Origin: Pseudomonadota bacterium
GTDB lineage: Bacteria > Desulfobacterota > Desulfobacteria > Desulfobacterales > JBDRRP01
Assembly (NCBI GenBank): GCA_043825735.1
Contig: JBDRRP010000015.1
Span: 1-64,000, forward strand
Length of the DNA stretch: 64,000 bases
Direction: 5' to 3'
Position numbers and translations under genes: made by a program. Below the pieces are notes generated by a model. It worked only from the letters and a program-made list of their open reading frames with translations. It made no database searches and was not told the DNA's origin. The stretch's first letter is position 1; each line of letters opens with the position of its first letter. Of the stretch, positions 28,340 through 38,137 are shown one piece after another.

Positions 28340-29473
28340 TCATATTCCCAAAATATTCGTCAATACGGCAAAAATCCCATCGGCCACCACGATGTAGACG
28401 ATGGCGATCACCACAGCCGATGTGGTGGCCTTGCCGACATCGGCCGCGCTGCGCCCGCAGCGCATCCCCTGCATGCAGCCGCAGACGGCCACGATGAGCC
28501 CGAAGAAAACGCTTTTGACCAGCCCCACATTGAAATGGGCCATCGTCAACGCCCCGCGGGTCTGATTGAGGTATTGCACGATCGAAATGTCAAAGGCCCC
28601 CACACCCACCACCATACCGCCCAGGAGCCCCATAAAATCGGCGTAGACGGTTAGCAGCGGCATCATCAGCACCAGGGCCACAACGCGGGGAAGCACCAGG
28701 TAGTCCATCGGCGACACCCCCAGGGTCTTCAAGGCATCGACTTCTTCGCTGACCTGCATCGTGCCGATGTTGGCGGCAAACGCCGCGCCGGTGCGCCCGG
28801 CCATAATGACGCCGGCCATCACGACACCCATCTCCCGGGCCATGCCGATACCCACCAAATCGGCGATGTAGATCTGGGCGCCGAACATCTTGAGTTGCAC
28901 GGCCCCCATAAAGGCCAGAATCAGCCCCACCAGCAGGCTGATGAGCGATACGATGGGCAGCGCCTGCCATCCACACTCCTGGATCACCGCCAGCACATCC
29001 GAGGCCCTAAACCGCGCCCGGCCTGTCATCAACCTCAAAAGAGACAGCGCCAGTTCACCGATGAAATCCAGGGTGTCTTTGACCGTGACAGCGGCGACAA
29101 TTCCGGCGCCACCCACGCGGGCCAGCACCGACGCACGGGTTGAATCGGCGGCGGTATTCTTCTTGCCTGGAACGGCACTGGCCAAAGACAATAGCACACT
29201 CACCCCGTCGGGGAGTCCTGCCGTATCCACGACAATCCCTCTGGCCGCGCAACCGGCGGCCACCTGGGAAACGAAGACCGCCAGAGCGCTGTCCCAACCG
29301 GCCACCTGGCGGCTGTCAAATTCTAAACGCCCGACGCCCGGATCGGCCAGCAGCGCCGCCGCCTGGGTCCGTGAAGGCACGGCGCGGCCGATCTGCCACT
29401 GTCCACCCAGCACGATCCTTAGAGTGGCGTCATCCGGGCGCTGCGTGCTGATTGTCGGATCCGGCATCGGCAA
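28340..29473 (-). CDS. MlaE-family permease with N-terminal STAS-like domain
   Basis: WDSA STAS motif, REMG, AGRTGAAFAA.IGTMQVSEEVDAL, VGKATTSAVV. Confidence 0.92.
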   Translation of the reverse strand: MPMPDPTISTQRPDDATLRIVLGGQWQIGRAVPSRTQAAALLADPGVGRLEFDSRQVAGWDSALAVFVSQVAAGCAARGIVVDTAGLPDGVSVLLSLASAVPGKKNTAADSTRASVLARVGGAGIVAAVTVKDTLDFIGELALSLLRLMTGRARFRASDVLAVIQECGWQALPIVSLISLLVGLILAFMGAVQLKMFGAQIYIADLVGIGMAREMGVVMAGVIMAGRTGAAFAANIGTMQVSEEVDALKTLGVSPMDYLVLPRVVALVLMMPLLTVYADFMGLLGGMVVGVGAFDISIVQYLNQTRGALTMAHFNVGLVKSVFFGLIVAVCGCMQGMRCGRSAADVGKATTSAVVIAIVYIVVADGIFAVLTNILGI

Positions 29474-29632
29474 TATCCATCAACAAACGGTTTGATTTTG
29501 GTTTCTGGCCAGATGGGTTCTATTCAATCGGTACCGCGGTGTCTCCCACCCGAAGCGCCCTGATGCCATCGCGCGGCACGAGCACCATCGACAGCGTTAT
29601 ACCAGTTGCGGCAATTATTGTCAGTCCGTGCC

Positions 29633-30595
29633 CTATCGCACGCCGGCTTTTCTCATGCCGATGGTGGCCACCACGGCAAGATGATCCGACAGACGCTCCG
29701 GCATCACCGCATACCGAATAAACGTGAGCTCGCTGGAGATCAGAATCCAGTCAAGCCGGTGACGGCCGTCGCCGTAAGTGCCAAGGTCGGCGGCCGCGGG
29801 CCGGTAGACTTCCAACCCGGCTTGATTGGAGAGCGCTTTGACCACTGAATCACCGGCAAGCCAGTCACTGTTGAAGTCCCCGAGAATGATCGTCGGATTG
29901 TCCCGTCCGGCGAGGTATTGTGCCATTTCCGCAATCTGCTCGGCCCTGACCGATGTACGCGAGAAATCCAGGTGAACGGAAATCACATCGATTTTGATGA
30001 CGCCGCCCGCTTCCGGATCCGGCTGCCAGTCGAAGCATCCCAGCAAAAACCCCTTGTTCAAGGTTGGCGGCGACGGCTGAAAAGTGTGGCCGGCGGCTTG
30101 CACAAACGGTCGGCGCGATAACAGGGCGGTCCCGTAGGTGGCCATCCATCCGGAAACATGCGCCGCACGGGCATGCCAGGAAAATCCGGCGTTGTCGGCC
30201 ATCAGTGCCACGTGGTCGATACTGCCGCTCCAAAGAGACGGTCCGTCGGCTTCCTGCAGCGCCACGATGTCGACGTCTTTTTTTTTCAAAAACGCCGCAA
30301 TATTCATCAGATTGTCACGGGTGGTCGTCCCCCGCTGGAACACCTGGCTGAAAGCGGTGCCCCGGCCGTGGGCGACGTTCAGGGTGAGCACCGTGAGCGG
30401 GCCGCTGAAATGCGGGTCGGCTCCGGATGCGGTCTCCCCTGCCGGATGAAAGCGACCGCGCACCAGTTCCGAAGGCGGGACAACCGCACACGCGTTGATG
30501 GCCATCAGCAAAACTGCAGTGGCTAAAAACCGCGTGGAAATCCAACGGATCACAGGTGCGGGCAGCGCCGGATTCAGCTTGTCAGATAGCCGCAT
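29633..30595 (-). CDS. Endonuclease/exonuclease/phosphatase-family protein (probable lipoprotein)
   Basis: TLNVAHG, ALQEAD, SVHL, ILGDFN, LDWI, SDHL; INAC lipobox. Confidence 0.88.
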   Translation of the reverse strand: MRLSDKLNPALPAPVIRWISTRFLATAVLLMAINACAVVPPSELVRGRFHPAGETASGADPHFSGPLTVLTLNVAHGRGTAFSQVFQRGTTTRDNLMNIAAFLKKKDVDIVALQEADGPSLWSGSIDHVALMADNAGFSWHARAAHVSGWMATYGTALLSRRPFVQAAGHTFQPSPPTLNKGFLLGCFDWQPDPEAGGVIKIDVISVHLDFSRTSVRAEQIAEMAQYLAGRDNPTIILGDFNSDWLAGDSVVKALSNQAGLEVYRPAAADLGTYGDGRHRLDWILISSELTFIRYAVMPERLSDHLAVVATIGMRKAGVR

Positions 30596-30900
30596 TATTT
30601 TTTGAAATGCGAACTCGCCTTATCGAAGGACTTGCTCAGGGCCTTCCATGCGTTTTCCACGCCGACCTTGACATCGTCCCAGGCGTTTTCGCTGGCCACT
30701 TCCAGATCGATGATCTTCTCCTTCATCTCCTTTCGGAACTTGAGCAAATCGTCCCTGTCGGCTTCAAGTTTCTTTTTTGCGCCGGCACTTTCGTGCTGGA
30801 TCCTGGCCTCGAACTTGTTGCGCTCGATGTTCCACCGGTAGTTCAACTCATCGAGCTTTTTCTTCATCTGTTCCAAAAATTCATCTTTATTCAGTGCCAT
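30595..30900 (-). CDS. Small coiled-coil protein (sll1863-like)
   Basis: KDEFLEQMKKKLDE...ASENAWDDVKVGVENAW; AGGAGG RBS. Confidence 0.75.
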   Translation of the reverse strand: MALNKDEFLEQMKKKLDELNYRWNIERNKFEARIQHESAGAKKKLEADRDDLLKFRKEMKEKIIDLEVASENAWDDVKVGVENAWKALSKSFDKASSHFKK

Positions 30901-30966
30901 GGTGCCTCCTACGGAAAAAGGGTTACCAGCATGAATCTGTAAACGAAGGGCAAGATTGTCCGAATG

Positions 30967-31344
30967 TCAGCGACTTTCACGGTATCGTTTCAATTCGGCA
31001 TCAAACCACGCTGCACTGGGAACTGGCGCCGCATTCGCGCATTTTACCATGTATGGGTCGCCTGATATACTGCTTTTGGTGGCCGCTCTGTCGATGAATT
31101 TTTCGGCGGTATCCGCCAAGCCTCTTTTCTCCAGGTACCCATACTTGGTATTGAGGTGCGCTACCGCCTCACCGGCACTGTGCCAGGATCCATTTCTATA
31201 AAAGGAACAGCCGGAATCCTTCAGGTATGCCAGAAGATGCGCGATCTCTTCTCCGGGGCCACTGCCAATGGCGGGCAATGGATGGGCACTCAGGACGAAG
31301 GCAATCAGGATCAGTGTCATCTTGAGGTATCGTGATGTTTTCAT
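30967..31344 (-). CDS. DUF5329 (YfeK-like) secreted protein
   Basis: Signal peptide; EIAHLL..SGCSFYRNG..AVAHL..K..TAEKFID..ATKSSISG.PY.V.C. Confidence 0.8.
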   Translation of the reverse strand: MKTSRYLKMTLILIAFVLSAHPLPAIGSGPGEEIAHLLAYLKDSGCSFYRNGSWHSAGEAVAHLNTKYGYLEKRGLADTAEKFIDRAATKSSISGDPYMVKCANAAPVPSAAWFDAELKRYRESR

Positions 31345-31559
31345 GGTCAAGTCCTTTGGCAACCCATCTCAAACAGGCTCGAATTGTATCTTAACAGTTC
31401 CTGATGGATCATGAAAAGGGGTGTTTCACGCCAGCCTTACCGGGGGCGGTCCCATCATGATTGCTGAAGCCACCAATCAGTGATTGTTATTGGATTGCCG
31501 GACCCATTCGAATTATCCTTCGGCAACTTGAACCCGTTCTTGCCGAAAGGAGCGCAGAA

Positions 31560-31895
31560 ATGGATGCAAAATTGTATTTCGACACGGTGGCCCCGGCATG
31601 GGATGACATGCGAAAAGCGTTTTTCGCCCCGGCTGTCCGAGAAAAGGCCATTGCCACCGCAGGTCTCACGTCACCGGCAACAGTTGCCGACATCGGCGCC
31701 GGATCCGGATTTGTCACTGAAGCCCTGGCGAGTGGCGGATTTTCAGTGGTGGCCGTGGACCGTTCGAACAAAATGGCGATCGAGCTGGCGCATCGGTTTC
31801 CCGGCGTGGACTGTCGCCAGGGGGAGGCTCAGGCGCTGCCGCTGGAGACCGCCGCGGTGGATGCGGCCTTTGCCAACATGTACATTCATCATTGA
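31560..31895 (+). pseudogene. C-terminally truncated class I SAM-dependent methyltransferase
   Basis: ADIGAGSG, AVDRS, LPL..VDAAFANMYIHH then TGA; the expected 'RVLKPGG' half is absent. Confidence 0.7.
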
Positions 31896-31918
31896 GCACC
31901 ATCAGAAAGGAAATCAAC

Positions 31919-32410
31919 ATGAACGATCTTGCTCACATCATCGGCGCCTTGGAGTGTTCTGCCCCCATTCTCGAGGCTTTCGTGGTCTCCATCCCGGAAA
32001 ACGCCCTCACCCGCCGTCGCGGCGAGGGTTTTTGGACCATCGCCGAGCACGCCAATCACCTGGCCGCTGTCCAGCCAATGCTGGCCGATCGCATCCAGCG
32101 CTTTCTGGATGAAGACGCCCCGGAATTCGTGCCTTTCATTCCGGCGGATAATGAAGCCGAAGCGGCACCACCTGTGTTGAACATGCCGGCAGCCACGGCA
32201 GCCTTCGCTGCTGGGCGTGAAGCGCAGGTCGCGTTGCTAAACACCGCCACACCGTCGGATTGGAAAAAGGGCGGTCGGCATCCGGAATACACGCAATACA
32301 CCCTTTACATTTTGGCACGGCACATTCTCATGCACGATCACTGGCATATGTACCGGATGGAGGAGCTGTGGCTTGCGCGCGATGAATATCTCACGATTTT
32401 AGCAGGTTAA
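31919..32410 (+). CDS. DinB-family protein
   Basis: WTIAEHANHL, HILMHDHWH; AAAGGA RBS. Confidence 0.85.
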   Translation: MNDLAHIIGALECSAPILEAFVVSIPENALTRRRGEGFWTIAEHANHLAAVQPMLADRIQRFLDEDAPEFVPFIPADNEAEAAPPVLNMPAATAAFAAGREAQVALLNTATPSDWKKGGRHPEYTQYTLYILARHILMHDHWHMYRMEELWLARDEYLTILAG

Positions 32411-32470
32411 CACGGATAGCTATTCCAGATCATTGACCGGAAAAAGCAGTGGCAGGGCCGGTCAGAAGGG

Positions 32471-33361
32471 TCAATTCACCAGGTTCATTTTACTGACGAT
32501 GTTGATAAATTCTTTTTGAAATCCGGGGGGATTGCTGTCAGCAAACAGGGCCGCATGCCATGTCACCGGCAATCCCCTGGGAGTAATGGGACGGGCCGTG
32601 ATACTCCCGTTTTCAAGCGATGAACGGATCGCCCAATTGGGAAAAATACTGACGCCAAACCCTGCAGCCACCATTTCAATAATCGCCTGGGGATGCCCCA
32701 CTGTCATATATTTTACAGGCTCTATATCCAGAGGCTTCAATGCGGCCAGGTAAAATTTGTTCCTGGCCTTTTCCGAATGAGAAATTAAATTCACACTTTT
32801 GAAATCTTCCAGCTGGACATGGGGCCTGGCTTTTAACGGATGGTCAATGGGCAGGATGCAGACCAGATGGTCTTCAAACAGCGGCAGATATGTAAAATTA
32901 TCATCATTGTCAGGAGCGCCTGTTATGATGAGGTCATATTTTTTTGATTCCAGGTCCTCCTGAAGATGCATGGAATTTCCGATTTCGACCTCTACATTGG
33001 GAAATTTTTCCTGAAACATGCCCATCACTTTCGGTAGCCATTTATAGCAGAAGATACACTGGGTCCCCACCTTAAGCGAACCTCTTGCGCCTTTAACCAT
33101 CCTGGCAATCTCAAGCTCGGTATCCTCAAGAGCGTCAATGACACGCTCGGCGGTTTTCAGCACTTTTTTCCCGGTTGATGTCAGGATCATTTTTTTGTGA
33201 GTTCTGAAAAAGAGACTTGCATTCAGCTTGTTCTCGATGTCTTTAAGCTGCTGACTCAAGGCGGACTGGGTAATGAACAGTTTCTGGGCCGCCCGTGTCA
33301 TGTTCCCGGTATCGGCGATGGAACGGATCATCCGCAAATGTTTTATTTCAAGATGGTTCAT
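32471..33361 (-). CDS. LysR-family transcriptional regulator
   Basis: NMTRAAQKLFITQSALSQQLKDIE..LFFR. Confidence 0.95.
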   Translation of the reverse strand: MNHLEIKHLRMIRSIADTGNMTRAAQKLFITQSALSQQLKDIENKLNASLFFRTHKKMILTSTGKKVLKTAERVIDALEDTELEIARMVKGARGSLKVGTQCIFCYKWLPKVMGMFQEKFPNVEVEIGNSMHLQEDLESKKYDLIITGAPDNDDNFTYLPLFEDHLVCILPIDHPLKARPHVQLEDFKSVNLISHSEKARNKFYLAALKPLDIEPVKYMTVGHPQAIIEMVAAGFGVSIFPNWAIRSSLENGSITARPITPRGLPVTWHAALFADSNPPGFQKEFINIVSKMNLVN

Positions 33362-33475
33362 GCCTAAAGAATTAGCCTCTCTAATAGAAATCATTATTTC
33401 TTTTAATTTTATTTATAAATTAGATAATTGTATTTTCCAAATACTTTTTCAACTTTCTACATAAAGGAGAGATCG

Positions 33476-34015
33476 ATGGCGCTGATTCAAACTGTAAAAC
33501 CTGAAAATGCAAACGGAGTCATCAAACAAGGGTATGACCTGTTTATGAAGAATATTGGGATCATCCCCAAGCCAATGGAGATGATGAGCGCAAGCCCGGC
33601 ACTTTTTGAACTCCAGTTAAAACGGATTGGTTATTTTTCAACCCATCCCAACCTGAGCTTTTCCCTGCTTGCCCACATCCGTTATCTTGTGGCCCATAAC
33701 CTGAGCTATGGGTTCTGTATGGACTTTAACAAGAGCGTGTTGAAAAAACAGGGCCTTACTGAAGAAGATATTCAGACCATGGCGGCAGATCCCTCAAAAT
33801 CGCTTTTGGAGGAGAAGGAGAGCGCAATGCTCGCTTTTGTGATCAATGCCGTCAAGGTGCCTGGATCAGTGACTCAAGATGATATTGACAGGCTCAAGGC
33901 GCTTGGGTGGGAAGAAAAGGATATGGTGGACGCGCTGGCCCAGGGCGTCAGCATGATTGACCATGCCATTATGATGCAGGCGTTTCAGATGGATCAGCAC
34001 TGCCTGGTAAGCTGA
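33476..34015 (+). CDS. AhpD/carboxymuconolactone decarboxylase-like protein
   Basis: LIQTVKPE, helical AhpD-like layout, DIDRLKALGW; only one Cys at the usual CxxC site (YGFC); AAGGAG RBS. Confidence 0.72.
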   Translation: MALIQTVKPENANGVIKQGYDLFMKNIGIIPKPMEMMSASPALFELQLKRIGYFSTHPNLSFSLLAHIRYLVAHNLSYGFCMDFNKSVLKKQGLTEEDIQTMAADPSKSLLEEKESAMLAFVINAVKVPGSVTQDDIDRLKALGWEEKDMVDALAQGVSMIDHAIMMQAFQMDQHCLVS

Positions 34016-34037
34016 TCAATACTTTTCTGGACCAACC

Positions 34038-34193
34038 ATCGAAATCGGGATCGCTATCGAAATCGAAACGCCATTGGACGGAAAAAGGCCAAGTTAACAC
34101 TTTCCGAGTCTCGTCAGGCACCCTAAAATTGCCTCACGAAACGGCCAGCGGCCGGACTGTAGAAATCGATTTCGATATCGATTTCGATCCCGA
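34038..34193. repeat. Inverted hexamer repeat arms (ATCGAA/ATCGGG vs TTCGAT/TCCCGA)
   Basis: atcgaaatcgggatcgctatcgaaatcgaa ... atcgatttcgatatcgatttcgatcccga. Confidence 0.8.
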
Positions 34194-34373
34194 AACAACC
34201 AACCCCCACCATATCGCACCCGACTGCGCCTTCAACCAGCAATAAATTCATTGATGACCTGCAACCGTTCTGGTCAAAGGCAGCAAGAATCGGGTTGCCG
34301 CCCGGGTACACATGAGCATATTGCGTCTTCACATCACCGGGTAGTTATGGTCATAAGAAAACCGAGGCAGAAA

Positions 34374-34648
34374 ATGAATACAGCGGGGACCAAAAGCGCA
34401 GCTCGATCGATGGGAGCGGTGGAATGGGCATTGATCGGCATTCTCTCGGTGCTCTGGTGACTTTTCTCATACCCGTCAGTGCGTTGATCCTCGGCGTGTT
34501 TATTCTGGGAGAAACCCCGGGCTGGAATACCCTTGCGGGGATGGCGCTGATATTAAGCGGGCTGGCGGTCATCGACGGCCGTTTGCCCATGGCCATCCGG
34601 TCCCAGTGGCACGCCCCGGCGCCCGTCGTTGTCGGCGGCAAGCATTAG
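34374..34648 (+). pseudogene. EamA/DMT transporter remnant with large internal deletion
   Basis: MNT...MGAVEWALIGILSVLW* (DMT N-terminus) fused out of frame to LVTFLIPVSALILGVFILGE..GMALILSGL (DMT C-terminus). Confidence 0.75.
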
Positions 34649-34676
34649 TTAGTGTCCATCCATTTCTGGATGAACA

Positions 34677-35345
34677 CTAGTTAGCTCCCCTCAGGGCGGC
34701 CCGCATCATATCCAGAAAGTGAACAAAGAGCGTTTCCTGGGAAATGCCGAAAGCGGCATCGAACCCGACCTGGCGCATGCGCAGGATGTGCATGACCCCA
34801 TAGATCTGCCCCCAGAGCACCAGCATCAACTGCCGTGGGACCAGTGGCGACACGATGGTGCCCGCGGCCATGCCCTCGGTGATCACCGAAAGGACCACTT
34901 CGGCATTGGCATCTGTCAGCCGCTGACAGCCGGCCCGCAGCGCATCGGGCAGCAGGTCCACGGCGCTATCCTGCGCCGCGCCGTACACCGCGTAGCGCCC
35001 TTCATAACGCATGACCATGTCAGCGTCGTTGGGGTAATCCAGAGAAAACCGGAAAAAGGCTCGGCCGAGCGCTTCAAGGCGCGCATCGCTGCCGCAAGCT
35101 CCGGCGACGGCGACGGTCAGCATGTCGTTGAGCCGCGACAGGCCTCTGGCGGCAACGGAAAGAAACAGCGCTTCCTTGTCCTTGAAATAGATGTACAGGG
35201 TGCGTTTGGTATAGCCAGCCGCCACGGCAATCCGATCCATGGTCGTGGCATCGAAGCCGTTTTTGAAAAACTCGGCCTCGGCAATGTCGACGATCCGAGT
35301 CTGACGCTGTTCCCGCGCCCACGCCTTGCGGTCTTCTCCACCCAT
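34677..35345 (-). CDS. TetR/AcrR-family regulator
   Basis: GFDATTMDRIAVAAGYTKRTLYIYFKDKEAL. Confidence 0.93.
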   Translation of the reverse strand: MGGEDRKAWAREQRQTRIVDIAEAEFFKNGFDATTMDRIAVAAGYTKRTLYIYFKDKEALFLSVAARGLSRLNDMLTVAVAGACGSDARLEALGRAFFRFSLDYPNDADMVMRYEGRYAVYGAAQDSAVDLLPDALRAGCQRLTDANAEVVLSVITEGMAAGTIVSPLVPRQLMLVLWGQIYGVMHILRMRQVGFDAAFGISQETLFVHFLDMMRAALRGAN

Positions 35346-35404
35346 TGCCCATTCCTCATCGGTTTCAGCTGGCTGCGACACACCGGCATGCCGCTATTTT
35401 CCCG

Positions 35405-35447
35405 TTGACAGAACACTGCGATGCACTTTATTACACCATGGTGCAAT
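35405..35447. promoter_or_regulatory. Putative -35 box and TetR operator
   Basis: TTGACA at 35405; near-perfect palindrome ATTACACCATGGTGCAAT at 35430-35447 between divergent tetR and tauE. Confidence 0.55.
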
Positions 35448-35502
35448 TCATAACACCTGGCTGAAATCTACGCCACTTTGCTACAAGGAGTCAAGCGCGC
35501 CC

Positions 35503-36252
35503 ATGCCGATACCGTCCTCCCCCATTCTGGCCGCCTGCGTCCTGCTCGCATTTGTGGCAGGACTCGTCAGGGGCTACGGCGGCTTCGGCTATTCAATGAC
35601 CGCAGTGACCGGCATGTCCCTGGTACTCGAACCGGTCGCGTTGGTTCCGGCTGTGATTCTGCTGGAAATCGCGGCCAGCGGCCTGCTCATCGTAAGGGTG
35701 TGGCGCCAGGTGGACTGGAAGGCGCTGGGCCGGTTGTCGGCCGGCATGATAGTGACTACGCCGGCCGGGGCCTTCCTTCTGGCAACGGTCCCGGCAGCGC
35801 CCATGACCATCGCCATCGCCGTGGCCGTCATGGCACTGGCCGCGATGATGCGCATGGGATTCGCTCTCAAGCGCCGGCCGGGGGCGGCCGCCACGGTTGG
35901 CGTCGGCATGCTCAGCGGTCTGCTCAACGGCGGCGGGGCCATCGGCGGGCCGCCGGTGGTGCTGTTTTTCTTCTCGTCACCGGCCGGCGCCGCCATCTCC
36001 AGGGCCTCGCTCATCGCTTATTTTCTCGGCACCGATCTCATTGCCGCCGGGGTCTTGACCGGGATGGGCGTTATGACCCGGGAGGCGCTGCGGCTTGCCG
36101 CCGTAATGCTGATTCCCACAACCGCCGGAGTCCTTTGCGGCGCAAGAATGTTTCAAAACGCTTCGGAGCAAAACTTCCGCCGGCGCGTCCTGTCGGTGCT
36201 GATTGTGCTTTCGGCAGTGGCGGTTATCAAAGCGACAGTCACCGCTCATTAA
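35503..36252 (+). CDS. TauE/SafE-family membrane exporter
   Basis: AGLVRGYGGFG, SGLLNGGGAIGGPP, multi-TM. Confidence 0.88.
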   Translation: MPIPSSPILAACVLLAFVAGLVRGYGGFGYSMTAVTGMSLVLEPVALVPAVILLEIAASGLLIVRVWRQVDWKALGRLSAGMIVTTPAGAFLLATVPAAPMTIAIAVAVMALAAMMRMGFALKRRPGAAATVGVGMLSGLLNGGGAIGGPPVVLFFFSSPAGAAISRASLIAYFLGTDLIAAGVLTGMGVMTREALRLAAVMLIPTTAGVLCGARMFQNASEQNFRRRVLSVLIVLSAVAVIKATVTAH

Positions 36253-36356
36253 AAGTCGCGCAGCATTCGAATCGATGCTTGAAGTCTCTGGATCCTGGAT
36301 CTCGCTTCACTCGTACTGTTTCCTTTTTCACCAAATCACAACTATTGGAGTGAACC

Positions 36357-37790
36357 ATGCAATTACCCAAAACCGGAAAATCCAAAGATGAGGTCTTCGC
36401 CGCCCTGGCCGACATCCGAAAAGGCGACCTGAAATGGCAGGAGGGGCGCGCTTTCGGCTACGTGTTCGACCCCGGCGAAGAAATCATGGACATTGGAAAA
36501 AAAGCCTACATGATGTTTTTATCCGAAAACGGCCTCGACTTTACCGTATTCAAAAGCCTCCAGATCTTCGAAAAGCAATTGGCCCGGTTTGCCGCCAGCC
36601 ACCTGGGCGGCGACGCCGATGTGGTGGGCAATTTCTCCTCCGGCGGCACCGAAAGCATCATTCTGGCGGTGAAAACCGCAAGGGACTACGCCCGCGCCAC
36701 ACGCCCGGAGATCACCGCCCCGGAGATGATTCTGCCCACCACCGGCCACTCGGCATTCCACAAGGCCGCCCACTATCTGGACGTGCACGTGGTGCCGGTA
36801 TCGGTTGCCCCGGACACCTTCACCGCCGACCCGGAGGCCATGCGCCGCGCCATTACCCCCAACACGATCATGATGGTGGGATCGGCGCCGTCCTATGCCC
36901 ACGGCGTCGTGGACCCCATAGCGGCGTTAAGCGATATCGCGGTTGAACACGGCATCTGGCTGCACACCGACGCCTGCATGGGCGGGTTTCTTTTGCCCTA
37001 TTTCAAGCGCCTGGGTGAGCCGGTGCCGGACTTCGACTTTTCGCTGCCCGGTGTCTCATCCATGTCGGTGGACCTGCACAAGTACGCCTACTGCCCCAAG
37101 GGCGCATCCATTGTACTCTACCGCAATAAACAGCTGCGGCAGCACCAGCTCTTTGCCTGCTCGAGCTGGGTCGGCTACACCATGATCAACAACGCGATCC
37201 AGAGCAGCAAGTCGGGCGGCCCCATGGCGGCGGCCTGGGCCGTGCTCAACACTGTCGGCGATGACGGCTTTATGGAAATCGCCCGGAAAAAACTGGCTGC
37301 CACGAAAAAAATCATTGCCGGCATCAAAAATATTCCGGGGCTGCGGTCTTTGGCCAAACCGGACATGTGCCTAGTCTCCTTCACCGCCGACGACGCCAAC
37401 ATTTTTCACATCATCGACGAGATGAACGCCCGCGGGTGGTACATCCAGCCGGCACTTTCCTTTGACAACTCGCCGGCGCATATCCACCTGTCCATCAGCG
37501 CCTCAAACGTGGGAAAAGAAGATGCATTGCTGGCGGATCTGGCCGAATGTGTGGTCATCGCCAGAACGCTTCCTGACGGAGACCTGGTAAAACTGGTGCG
37601 TGAGGGGGCGGCCGGCATCGATTTTGCTAACATGAGCCCGCAAGACGTCTCCGGCGTGCTGGCCCTTGCCGGCCTCGGCGGCGACGGTCTGCCCGCGCGC
37701 ACCGCCGACATCAACGGCGTTCTGGACATGCTGCCACCGAATGTGCGCGAAATGCTGTTGACGGCGTATGTGAATGATCTTTTTACGTAG
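36357..37790 (+). CDS. PLP-dependent group II decarboxylase / sphingosine-1-phosphate lyase-like
   Basis: SGGTESI, HSAFHKAAHY, GSAPSYAHGVVDPI, HTDACMGGF, SVDLHKY. Confidence 0.9.
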   Translation: MQLPKTGKSKDEVFAALADIRKGDLKWQEGRAFGYVFDPGEEIMDIGKKAYMMFLSENGLDFTVFKSLQIFEKQLARFAASHLGGDADVVGNFSSGGTESIILAVKTARDYARATRPEITAPEMILPTTGHSAFHKAAHYLDVHVVPVSVAPDTFTADPEAMRRAITPNTIMMVGSAPSYAHGVVDPIAALSDIAVEHGIWLHTDACMGGFLLPYFKRLGEPVPDFDFSLPGVSSMSVDLHKYAYCPKGASIVLYRNKQLRQHQLFACSSWVGYTMINNAIQSSKSGGPMAAAWAVLNTVGDDGFMEIARKKLAATKKIIAGIKNIPGLRSLAKPDMCLVSFTADDANIFHIIDEMNARGWYIQPALSFDNSPAHIHLSISASNVGKEDALLADLAECVVIARTLPDGDLVKLVREGAAGIDFANMSPQDVSGVLALAGLGGDGLPARTADINGVLDMLPPNVREMLLTAYVNDLFT

Positions 37791-37847
37791 CGATTCGTCC
37801 GTAATGGATGGATTTTGTTTATGGAATGATTGTGTCCCATCGGAGCA

Positions 37848-38062
37848 AGGGTTCAAGGGTCCAAGGGGTCGAGGGGTCGAGGGTAAAAACCGCAACGGCT
37901 AAAAACCCTTGCAGTGGGACAGCCTTCTGTCGTTAAGTGGTAAAAAGGGCGATGGCTTCGAATAGCTGGACCGACTGCAAGGAATATTTCGCGGTGTTGT
38001 TTCACTTGGCACCTTGGCCCCTCGAACCCTTGTCGCTGTTAAGCCGTATAGGCGCAACCCTT
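37848..38062. repeat. Gene-less octamer inverted-arm element with 23-nt micro-insert (38033-38055)
   Basis: agggttca agggtcca aggggtcg aggggtcg ... cacttggcaccttggcccctcgaacccttg[insert]aaccc; internal ccttgcagt/actgcaagg stem. Confidence 0.8.
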
Positions 38063-38137
38063 TGCCTCAAGTGCATAAACCGGTTCCAGAGGCATTGGTC
38101 ATCGGTCTCTATCACTCGACATCAAAAGGACCTCACC

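Noticed and set aside
31893..31895. Methyltransferase TGA as selenocysteine or read-through
   Set aside because: The position is not a Cys site, and the frame hits another TGA nine codons later with no methyltransferase-like sequence.
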